A stretch of 64,000 bases of DNA from NCBI GenBank assembly GCA_965240325.2, contig OZ251236.1:744001-808000 (forward strand), given 5' to 3'. The stretch is from Rebecca billardiae RCC1528. Lineage: Eukaryota > Protista > Haptophyta. How positions within the stretch are numbered: the first letter of the stretch is position 1; every line of letters starts with the position of its first letter. The notes under the pieces are model-generated. The model worked only from the letters and a program-made list of their open reading frames with translations. It searched no databases and had not been told where the DNA came from. Below are positions 21,655 to 33,600 of the stretch, one piece after another. The translations under genes were made by a program, and so were the position numbers.

Positions 21655-24600
21655 ATGCGCCAGCACAAACGCAAAGAGGGCCGTACCGGCGAGTCGCACG
21701 ATGCGACGCGGTCATTGCCAAACGCCAGCGACCCGAGCCGGCTCTCATGGCCCCGCCTCTCGCCTCGGCTCGCGAGTGCGATCGCGACGAGCGCGAGCGA
21801 GGCCGCCTGGAGTCGGGGCGCAACGTCATCGCCCAACACGCCTGCGTGGTGGCGGTGGACCGGGCGGCTACCTCGCGCAGCATTTTTCTCGTGGCTACGG
21901 CTGCTGTTCCTCGCCGTCGTGTTCGCTCCGCGCACGTGCGGCGTCGAACTCCAAACGTCCGGCATGTACAATTTGTGCCTCAACGATGCTGCTTGCCAGT
22001 CCCTCGTCCTGCGCAACGAGTCACTCAGCGGGACGATCCCGAGTACAATCGGCTCGATCACGACGCTACTCGTCATGTGCGTGGCTGCGCGCGGCTCGCA
22101 AACGCGGCCGCCCGTGCCGGCAGCGACCCCGTGTGCGCGATGTGGGCAGCTGCTGCACGGCGCCTCGTGACGATTGTCGTTGTTGTTGTTGTGCCCAGCC
22201 GTGCGAGTGCTCAACCCCAACACCCTCACGCCCTCCGCCATCGACTGACGCCCCGCCGCGCGCCGCAGTGATTTCGGCGTCAACGACCTCACGGGCCCCA
22301 TGCCGACGGAGCTGGGCTCGCTCACGGCGCTCGAGTATCTGTGCGCGCTGTCGCGCCCGGCGTTGGCGGGAGGTTTTTCGTCGTGTGCAAATCACGCGCG
22401 CGTACCAGCAATTGGACCCGACGCACTCTGACCACGCCATCGCTCCGTGCACCCGGCCTTGCGGCGCGGCTTTGCTCGCGACCGGCCGTACCCGCGCACG
22501 CCCCGCCTCACGACGCCAACAGGAAGCTCGACTCCAACCAGCTGAGCGGGACGATCCCCTCTGAGTTGGGCCTGTCCACCCAGCTTGCACTCATGTGCGC
22601 GCAGGCTGCATTGTGTCACAGCGACAGCGCGCCGCGCGCGCGGCGCACACCCGGCGCGGGTGTGCATCCGCCAATCGCACCGCCACGCCAACCTTGCGTC
22701 AATCGAGCAAGCGCACTCATGGATGCGCCTCCTCCTCCCTCCTCCTGCCTGCCCCGCGTGCAGATCGGTGACAAACAATCTGCTCCGCGGTCCGATCCCA
22801 CTCGAGGTGCAGACGCTTCCCTCGCTGTTCGAGCCTTTGTTCACGCCCAACCCTGGCCTCTGCAACGCCGAATCGACGATGGAGACCTACTTCACCGCTG
22901 CGCAGCAGTTTCTGCCGCTGCCCACGTGCTCGTCGCCGCCCTCGCCACCGCCCTCGCCACCGCCCTCGCCTCCGCCATCGCCACCGCCCTCGCCGCCACC
23001 ATCGCCGCCCACGCCACCGCCCTCGCCGCCGCCCTCGCCGCCGCCCTCGCCGCCGCCCTCGCCGCCCAGACCGCCGCCTGCTCCGCCGCCGTCACCACCG
23101 CCGGTGCCGCCACCTTCGCCACCACCTTCGCCGCCAGCACACCCGCCATATCCACCGCCATCACCACCGCCCTCGTCACCGCCCTCGCAGCCGCCCTCGC
23201 CGCCGCCCTCGCCGCCGCCCTCACCGCCACCCTCGCCACCCTTCCCACCACCCTCACCGCCGCCCTCGCCGCCGCCCTCGCCGCCGCCCTCGCCGCCCCC
23301 CTCGCCGCCGCCCTCGCCACCGCCCTCGCCGCCGCCGTCGCCGCCACCGCCGTGCTGCACGATGCAGAGACATCCCGTCGCCGAGCAGTGCTACGGCTGG
23401 TACGCACTCGGCCTCTACGGGCCATGCACCAACCTCACCATCAGCGGCGAGTCGCTGACCGGCACGCTGCCCACAGAGTTGGGCCTCATGACCAACCTGA
23501 CCAGCATCGACTTGTCAGACAACTCGCTCATCGGGACGATCCCGACCGAGCTCGGCCGGCTGTCCCTGCTCGGCTCACTCGAGCTGCAGCGGAACCGTGA
23601 GGACCTTCCGAGCAGTGGCCTCACGGGCTCTCTACCCACCGAGCTCGGCAGCATGAGCGCGCTCACCAGGCTCGACCTGTCTACGAACTGGCTCTGGGGC
23701 GCCTTCCCCGATCCGGCCGAGAGCCCGGTCACGCAGACGCGCGCGCTGCCACCGACCCTCCAGTTCCTCGAGCTCGGGGGCAACCCGAGCATCCACGGCA
23801 CGCTGCCCACGGCGCTCGGCGAGCTGAGCGAGCTGCGCATACTGCGGCTCGGAGGCACGGGGGCTTCGGGCCTGATCCCCACAGAGCTCGCACGGCTGAG
23901 CGGCTCTCTCAGACGGCTCAGTGTCGCCGGCTCGGCCAGCTCGTCAGGCGGCTCGACCGGCGGTGCGACCGGGGGTCAGGCTTCGCTGAACGGCCCGCTG
24001 CCGAGCGCGCTCGGCGCGCTGACGCGCCTCGTGGCCATCGACTTGTCGAACCACGAGCTCGAGGGCACCGTGCCGACCGAGTACGGCCGCTGGACGGGCG
24101 TGGGCGGCGTGAACCTCGCGGCCAACGTGCTGAGTGGCCTGCTGCCGACGGAGCTGTCGGCAATGACCGCGATGACGAGACTGGACCTCTTCGAGAACGT
24201 CCCCGGCGTGTGCGGCGCGACGCCACAGGGCCTGGAGGCTGTGGTGGTGCCGGAGACGCGACCTGATTGCAGCCCGCCGCCTGGACCGCCGCCGTCGCCG
24301 CCGCCATCGCCCCCCCCCAGCCCACCGCCGTCGCCACCACCCAGCCCGCCGCCGCCGAGCCCGCCACCATCACCGCCGCCCTCGCCGCCACCAAGCCGAC
24401 CGCCGAGCCCACCGCCCAGCCCGCCGCCATCACCGCCGCCGAGCCCGCCACCTTCGCAACCGCCATCGCCACCGCATTCACCACCGCCGCCCGCACCACC
24501 GCCGCGCCCGCCGCCGTCGCCACCACCGAGCCCACCACCACCGTCGCCACCGCCGAGCCCACCACCGTCGCCGCCACCATCACCACCGCCCTCGCCACCG

Positions 24601-27600
24601 CCACCAGTGCCACCACCGAGCCCACCACCGAGCCCACCGCCGAGCCCACCGCCGAGCCCACCGCCCAGCCCGCCACCGTCAGCGCCGCCAAAGCCACCGC
24701 CTAGCCCGCCACCGAGCCCGCCACCGCCCACCCCACCGCCAAGCCCGCCACCGATACCACCGCCCAGCCCGCCGCCGTCGCCACCACCGCCGTCGACACC
24801 TCCGAGCCCACCACCCTCGCCACCGCCGAGCCCACCGCCCTCGCCGCCACCGCCGAGCCCGCCACCGTCGCCACCGCCATCGCCACCGCCCAGTCCGCCA
24901 CCGGCGCCTCCACCAAGCCCGCCGCCGAGCCCGCCACCATCACCACCGCCAAGCCCGCCACCGCCGTTACCACCTCCGAGCCCGCCGCCCTCGCCACCGC
25001 CAAAAGCGCCGCCGAGCCCACCGCCGAGCCCACCACCGACTCCGCCACCCAGCACACCGCCATCACCGCCACCAAGCCCACCGCCGGCGCCACCACCGTC
25101 ACCACCGCCGTCACCACCGCCACCCTCGCTACCGCCAAGCCCGCCACCGAGCCCGCCGCCGAGCCCGCCGCCGCCGAGTCCGCCGCCAAGCCCACCTCCC
25201 AGCCCGCCGCCGAGCCCGCCGCCGAGCCCGCCGCCGCCGAGCCCGCCACCTTCGCCACCGCCCTTACCGTCGCCGAGCCCGCCGCCTCAACCGCCGCCGT
25301 CACCACCACCATCGCCACCACCATCGCCACCGCCGAGCCCGCCGCCCCCTGCGCCACCACCAAGCCCGCCGCCGAGCCCGCCGCCGAGCCCGCCGCCACC
25401 GAGCCCACCACCATCGCCACCACCATCGCCTCCGCCGAGCCCGCCGCCGTCATCGCCGCCCAGGCCACCACCAAGCCCTCCGCCGTCACCGCCGCCGTCA
25501 CCACCACCGCCCTTGCCGCCACCGAGCCCACCTCCGTCACCGCCGCCGTCGCCACCGCCCTCACCGCCACCGCCCTCGCCGCCGCCGAGCCCGCCGCCCA
25601 GTCCACCGCCGAGCCCGCCGCCGAGCCCGTCGCCGCCGAGCCCGCCGCCCAGCCCACCTCCCAACCCGCCACCCAGCCCGCCGCCGAGCCCGCCGCCGCC
25701 AAGCCCACCACCATCGCCACCGCCCGCACCGCCGCCGAGCCCGCCGCCGCAACCGCCGCCGTCACCACCGCCGTCTCCACCACCATCGCCACCGCCGAGC
25801 CCGCCGCCGAGCCCGCCACCGCCGAGCCCACCACCGCCGAGCCCGCCACCAGCGCCGCCGCCTAAGCCTCCGCCAAGCCCACCGCCATCACCGCCGCCGA
25901 GCCCACCGCCGTCCCCGCCACCGTCCCCGCCACCGAGCCCGCCACCGCCCTCGCCGCCGCCGAGCCCGCCGCCCAGTCCACCGCCGAGCCCGCCGCCGAG
26001 CCCGCCGCCGCCGAGTCCGACGCCGAGCCCACCTCCCAGCCCGCCGCCGAGCCCGCCGCCGAGCCCGCCGCCGCCGAGCCCGCCACCTTCGCCACCGCCC
26101 TCACCGCCGCCGAGCCCGCCGCCGCAACCGCCGCCGTCACCACCACCATCGCCACCACCATCGCCACCGCCGAGCCCGCCGCCCCCTGCGCCGCCGCCAA
26201 GCCCGCCGCCGAGCCCGCCGCCGAGCCCGCCGCCAAGCCCGCCACCTTCGCCACCGCCCTCACCGCCGCCAAGCCCGCCGCCGTCACCACCGCCGTCTCC
26301 ACCACCATCGCCACCGCCGAGCCCGCCGCCCCCTGCGCCACCGCCAAGCCCGCCGCCGAGCCCACCGCCGAGCCCGCCGCCGCCGAGCCCACCACCTTCG
26401 CCACCACCGTCGCCTCCGCCGAGCCCGCCGCCGTCATCGCCGCCCAGGCCACCACCAAGCCCTCCGCCGTCACCGCCGCCATCACCACCACCGCCCTTGC
26501 CGCCACCGAGCCCACCTCCGTCACCGCCGCCGTCGCCACCGCCCTCACCGCCACCGCCCTTGCCGCCGCCGAGCCCGCCGCCCAGTCCACCGCCGAGCCC
26601 GCCGCCGAGCCCGCCGCCGCCGAGCCCGCCGCCCAGCCCACCTCCCAACCCGCCACCCAGCCCGCCGCCGAGCCCGCCGCCGCCAAGCCCACCACCATCG
26701 CCACCGCCCGCACCGCCGCCGAGCCCGCCGCCGCAACCGCCGCCGTCACCACCGCCGTCTCCACCACCATCGCCACCGCCGAGCCCGCCGCCGAGCCCGC
26801 CACCGCCGAGCCCGCCACCGCCGAGCCCGCCACCGGCGCCGCCGCCTACGCCTCCGCCAAGCCCACCGCCATCACCGCCGCCGAGCCCACCGCCGTCCCC
26901 GCCACCGTCCCCGCCGCCGTCCCCGCCACCGCCCTCGCCGCCGCCGAGCCCGCCGCCCAGTCCACCGCCGAGCCCGCCGCCGAGCCCGCCGCCGCCGAGT
27001 CCTCCACCGAGCCCACCTCCCAGCCCGCCGCCGAGCCCGCCGCCGAGCCCGCCGCCACCGAGCCCGCCACCTTCGCCACCGCCCTCACCGCCGCCGAGCC
27101 CGCCGCCGTCACCACCGCCGTCTCCACCACCATCGCCACCGCCGAGCCCGCCGCCCCCTGCGCCACCGCCAAGCCCACCGCCGAGCCCGCCGCCGAGCCC
27201 GCCGCCGCCGAGCCCGCCACCTTCGCCACCGCCCTCACCGCCGCCGAGCCCGCCGCCGTCATCACCGCCGTCTCCACCACCATCGCCACCGCCGAGCCCG
27301 CCGCCCCCTGCGCCACCGCCAAGCCCGCCACCGAGCCCGCCGCCGAGCCCGCCGCCGCCGAGCCCGCCACCTTCGCCACCGCCCTCACAGCCGCCGAGCC
27401 CGCCGCCGTCATCGCCGCCCAGGCCACCACCAAGCCCTCCGCCGTCACCGCCGCCGTCACCACCACCGCCCTTGCCGCCACCGAGCCCACCTCCGTCACC
27501 GCCGCCGTCGCCACCGCCCTCACCGCCACCGCCCTCGCCGCCGCCGAGCCCGCCGCCCAGTCCACCGCCGAGCCCGCCGCCGAGCCTGCCGCCGCCGAGC

Positions 27601-30600
27601 CCGCCGCCCAGCCCACCTCCCAACCCGCCACCCAGCCCGCCGCCGAGCCCGCCGCCGCCAAGCCCACCACCATCGCCACCGCCCGCACCGCCGCCGAGCC
27701 CGCCGCCGCAACCGCCGCCGTCACCACCGCCGTCTCCACCACCATCGCCACCGCCGAGCCCGCCGTCGAGCCCGCCGCCGAGCCCGCCGCCGCCGAGCCC
27801 GCCACCTTCGCCACCGCCCTCACCGCCGCCGAGCCCGCCGCCATCACCGCCGCCGAGCCCACCACCATCGCCACCGCCGAGCCCGCCGCCCCCTGCGCCA
27901 CCACCAAGCCCGCCGCCGAGCCCGCCGCCGAGCCCGCCGCCACCGAGCCCGCCACCATCACCACCACCGTTGCCTCCGCCGAGCCCGCCACCGTCATCGC
28001 CGCCCAGGCCACCACCAAGCCCTCCGCCGTCACCGCCGCCATCACCACCACCGCCCTTGCCGCCACCGAGCCCGCCACCAAGCCCCCCGCCGTCACCGCC
28101 GCCGTCACCACCACCGCCCTCGCCGCCACCGAGCCCACCGCCGTCCCCGCCGCCGTCGCCACCGCCGTCCCCGCCACCGCCCTTGCCGCCACCGAGCCCG
28201 CCACCAAGCCCCCCGCCGTCACCGCCGCCGTCACCACCACCGCCCTCGCCGCCGCCGAGCCCACCGCCGTCCCCGCCGCCGTCGCCACCGCCGTCCCCGC
28301 CACCGCCCTTGCGGCCACCGAGCCCGCCACCGAGCCCCCCGCCGTCACCGCCGCCGTCACCACCACCGCCCTCGCCGCCACCGAGCCCACCGCCGTCCCC
28401 GCCGCCGTCGCCACCGCCGTCACCGCCACCGCCCTCGCCGCCGCCGAGCCCGCCGCCCAGTCCACCGCCGAGCCCGCCACCGAGCCCACCGCCGCCAAGC
28501 CCACCACCGTCACCGCCACCATCGCCTCCGCCCAGGCCGCCGCCGTCTCCGCCGCCAAGCCCACCACCAAGCCCTCCGCCCTCGCCACCGCCCTCACCAC
28601 CACCACCCTCGCCGCCGCCGAACCCACCACCCAGCCCACCGCCGAGCCCGCCGCCGAGCCCGCCACCGCCAAGCCCGCCTCCGTCGCCACCGCCCTCGCC
28701 GCCTCCCAGTCCACCGCCATCACCGCCACCAAGCCCACCGCCGTCCCCTCCACCATCACCACCGCCGTCTCCACCGCCACCTTCGCCGCCGCCCAGTCCA
28801 CCGCCGAGCCCGCCACCGAGCCCACCGCCGCCGAGCCCACCACCGTCACCGCCACCATCGCCTCCGCCCAGGCCGCCGCCGTCTCCGCCGCCAAGCCCAC
28901 CACCAAGCCCTCCGCCCTCGCCACCGCCCTCGCCACCACCACCATCGCCGCCGCCGAGCCCACCACCCAGCCCGCCACCGAGTCCACCGCCGAGCCCGCC
29001 ACCGCCGAGCCCACCACCGTCGCCACCGCCCGCACCGCCGCCGAGCCCGCCGCCGCAACCGCCTCCAAGCCCGCCACCAAGCCCTCCGCCCTCGCCACCG
29101 CCATCGCCACCACCGCCCTCGCCGCCGCCGAGCCCACCGCCGTCCCCGCCGCCGTCGCCACCGCCGTCCCCGCCACCGCCCTTGCCGCCACCGAGCCCGC
29201 CACCGAGCCCCCCGCCGTCACCGCCGCCGTCACCACCACCGCCCTCGCCGCCGCCGAGCCCACCGCCGTCCCCGCCGCCGTCGCCACCGCCGTCCCCGCC
29301 ACCGCCCTTGCGGCCACCGAGCCCGCCACCGAGCCCCCCGCCGTCACCGCCGCCGTCACCACCACCGCCCTCGCCGCCACCGAGCCCACCGCCGTCCCCG
29401 CCGCCGTCGCCACCGCCGTCACCGCCACCGCCCTCGCCGCCGCCGAGCCCGCCGCCCAGTCCACCGCCGAGCCCGCCACCGAGCCCACCGCCGCCGAGCC
29501 CACCACCGTCACCGCCACCATCGCCTCCGCCCAGGCCGCCGCCGTCTCCGCCGCCAAGCCCACCACCAAGCCCTCCGCCCTCGCCACCGCCCTCACCACC
29601 ACCACCCTCGCCGCCGCCGAACCCACCACCCAGCCCACCGCCGAGCCCGCCGCCGAGCCCGCCACCGCCAAGCCCGCCTCCGTCGCCACCGCCCTCGCCG
29701 CCTCCCAGTCCACCGCCATCACCGCCACCAAGCCCACCGCCGTCCCCTCCACCATCACCACCGCCGTCTCCGCCGCCACCTTCGCCGCCGCCCAGTCCAC
29801 CGCCGAGCCCGCCACCGAGCCCGCCACTGCCGAGCCCACCACCGTCGCCACCGCCCGCACCGCCGCCGAGCCCGCCGCCGCAACCGCCTCCAAGCCCACC
29901 ACCAAGCCCTCCGCCCTCGCCACCGCCCTCGCCACCACCACCCTCGCCGCCGCCGAGCCCACCACCCAGCCCGCCACCGAGTCCACCGCCGAGCCCGCCA
30001 CCGCCGAGCCCACCTCCATCGCCACCGCCCGCACCGCCGCCGAGCCCGCCGCCGCAACGGCCTCCAAGCCCGCCACCAAGCCCTCCGCCCTCGCCACCGC
30101 CATCGCCACCACCGCCCTCGCCGCCGCCGAGCCCGCCGCCCAGCCCTCCGCCGAGCCCGCCGCCGAGCCCACCGCCTCCGAGCCCACCACCATCGCCACC
30201 GCCCTCGCCACCGCCCTTGCCGCCACCGGCACCGCCGCCGAGCCCTCCGCCGAGCCCGCCGCCATCGCCACCGCCGAGCCCGCCGCCCCCACGCCCACCG
30301 CCCAGCCCACCGCCGAGCCCGCCACCGAGCCTGCCGCCCAGCCCGCCGCCCAGCCCGCCGCCCTCATTGCCACCGCACCCACCGCCATCACCGCCACCGA
30401 CGCCTCCACCGGCGCCACCGCCCTCTCCGCCGCCGTCGCCTCCGCCGCCACCGCCACCGCCGAGTCCACCTCCCAGCCCGCCGCCCAGCCCGCCGCCGAG
30501 CCCGCCGCCGCCAAGCCCGCCCCCTTTGCCACCTCCCTCACCGCCGCCGAGCCCGCCGCCGCAACCGCCACCGTCCCCACCACCGTCCCCACCACCTTCG

Positions 30601-33600
30601 CCACCGCCGTCCCCGCCGCCACCTTCGCTGCCGCCGAGCCCGCCGCCAAGCCCGCCGCCGAGCCCGCCGCCGAGCCCGCCGCCGCCGAGCCCACCACCGG
30701 CGCCACCACCATCGCCTCCGCCGAGCCCGCCACCAGCACCGCCGCCGATCCCACCTCCGAGCCCGCCACCAAGCCCACCGCCGTCACCGCCACCGTTGCC
30801 ACCCCCAACCCCGCCGCCCTCGCCTCCGCCGAGCCCCCGGCCACCCTTGCCACCGCCAAGTCCACCGCCGAGTCCACCACCGAGCCGGCCGCCGAGCCCA
30901 CCGCCGTTTCCGCCACCATCGCCACCGCCGTCACCTCCACCAAGCCCGCCACCGAGCCCGCCCCCTTCACAACCGCCGTTGCCTCCACCAAGCCCGCCGC
31001 CGCCAAGCCCACCGCCGAGCCCACCGCCCAGCCCGCCTCCACACCCGCCGCCATCGCCTCCGCCATCACCCCCTCCGAGCCAGCCACCCTCACCGCCACC
31101 GAGTCCGCCGCCGCCCTTGCCGCCACCAAGCCCACCACCGAGCTCGCCGCCGAGCCCACCACCGAGCCCGCCACCGAGCCCACCACCCTCGCCACCGCCC
31201 GGCCCGCCGCCCAGCCCGCCGCCGAGCCCGCCGCCCAGCCCGCCTCCACGCCCGCCACCGTTGCCGCCGCCCTCGCCACCGCCACACCCGCCGCCGCCGC
31301 AACCGCCGCCGTCGCCACCACCGTCCCCACCGCCATCGCCGCCGCCTTCGCCGCCGCCGAGCCCGCCGCCGAGCCCGCCGCCGCTGCTACCGCCGAGCTC
31401 ACCACCACCACTACCGCCGCCGAGCCCGCCGCCGGTCTCGCCGCCCATGCCGCCGCCGAGCCCACCGCCCAGCCCTCCGCCGCGCCCACCCCCTTCGCCG
31501 CCACCGAGCCCGCCACCGCCGTTGCCACCGCCGAGCCCACCGCCGAGCCCACCGCCGCTTCCGCCGCCGAGCCCGCCACCCAGCCCGCCGCCCAGCCCGC
31601 CGCCCAGCCCGCCGCCGCCATTGTCACCGCCCAGCCCTCCTCCAAGCCCGCCGCCGAGCCCGCCGCCCTCGGCGCCACCTGGGCCGCCACCCAGCCCGCC
31701 GCCTTTCCCACCGCCGTCGCCGCCACCACCGCGCCCCCCGCCGTCGCCGCCGCCGTCACAGCCACCAAGCCCGCCGCCATCGCCACCGCCGGCCGCACCG
31801 CCCACGCCACCGCCTCAGCCGCCGCCGAGCCCACCACCATCGCCGCCACCATCGCCGCCACCATCGCCGCCACCGTTGCCGCCGCCGAGCCCGCCTCCGC
31901 CGTCGCCACCGCCGTCACCTCCACCATCGTCGCCGCCAGCTCTGCCACCGCGCCGGCCGCCGCCGTCGTCGCCACCGCGCCCGCCGCCAAGCCCGCCGCC
32001 CACACCACCGCCACAGCCGCCACCGCCCTCGCCGCCGCCAAGTCTGCCGCCCTCGCCGCCGCCCGGCCTACCACCCAGCCCGCCGCCCTCGCCGCCGCCC
32101 GGCACACCGCCGTCCCCGCCCCCGAGCCACCCTCCGCGGTCACCGCCACGCCCGCCACCGCCATCGCCCCCACCGAGCCCGCCACCTGCCTCACCGCCGC
32201 GTCCACCGCCGAGCCCACCGCCGAGCCCACCGCCATTCTCGCCACCAGCCATGCCGCCCTCGCAGCCGCCCAGCCCGCCGCCGAGCCCGCCACCGTCATC
32301 ACCGCCAAGCCTGCCGCCGAGCCGGCCGCCGGCCACTCCGCCACCGAGTCCACCGCCGATGCGGCCACCCGGCCCGCCCCCATCGGTCCCTCCGCTGCCA
32401 CCACCGCCTCCGCGTGTGCAGCCGTTCCCGCCGCCGTCGCCACCGGCACCGCCGCCATCGCCGCCGCCCTCACCGCCGCCCGCGCCACCGCCAAGCCCGC
32501 CGCTGAGCCCGCCGCCCACACAACCACCGCCCAGCGTGCCACCGCCCTCGCCGCCACCGAGCCCGCCACCGTCGCCGCCTCCGACGCCGCCGGCGTCGGT
32601 ACCGCCGCGCGCGCCTCCGCGCGCACCGCCACCATCGGCGCCGCCAAGCCTCCCGCCGCCACAGCCGCCGCTGGCGCCCCCGAGCGGGCCGCCGCCGAGC
32701 CCATCGCTCCAGCCGCCTCCGCCCTCGCCGCCCCTCGTCGCGTCAGTGACGGCCGAGCTGAGCGTCAGCACCGAGCCCGCCGCACTGAGCGGGGCGGCGC
32801 AGACAGCCGTTGAGTTGAGCGTCGCCCACCTCGTCGGCTCCGACCCGTCGGATGTCGAGATGACGGCGGTGCTGGCGGCGAGCGCGCTCGCGCACGTGCG
32901 CGTGCGTGCAGACGACGCAGCGCACGCTGCACAGGTTCAGGCGGCGCTTGACGCGCCTGGCGCCGCGGCGGCGCTGACGGAGCACCTCGCAGCGGAGCCA
33001 GGCGGTGCCGGCTTCGTCGTCGAGTCGGTGAGTAATGTGCAAGTACACGCGCCGCACGTGGCGCCGAGTGCTCCGCCCGCGGCGCCGCCGTCACCACCGC
33101 CCGCCATGCCGCCGTCGCCACTGCCCACGCCGCCGCCGTCGCTACCGCCCAGTCGGCCGCCGCCACCGCCGCCGCCGCCGTCACAGCCTCCACCCTCGCC
33201 TCCCTCGCCGCCGCCCTCCCCGCCGCCCTCGCCGCTGCCACCGCCGCCGAAGCCGTCACAGCCTCCACCCTCGCCTCCCTCGCCGCCGCCCTCCCCGCCG
33301 CCCTCGCCGCTGCCACCGCCGCCGAAGCCGTCACAGCCTCCACCCTCGCCTCCCTCGCCGCCGCCCTCCCCGCTGCCACCGCCGCCGTCCCCGCCGCCTT
33401 CCAGCCCACCTGCGCCGCCACAGCCGCCTCGCGTCGAGCCGTGGCCGCCGCCTTCGCCGCCGAGCGCGCCGCCGAGCTCGCCGCCCAGCTCGCCGCCGAG
33501 CGCGCCGCCGAGTGCGCCGCCGAGCTCGCCGCCGGGCGCGCCGCCGCCACCGCCCGCGCTCCGCGCCGCCCTCGCCACGGTCTCGCCCACCGCGCTGCCC

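Noticed and set aside
10071-32771. Long Gly-rich or Ala-rich ORFs (e.g. 10071-12743 +, 25287-31805 -, 26846-32704 -)
   Set aside because: Antisense or alternate-frame shadows of the Pro-rich arrays; stop-free only because of GC-rich repeats.
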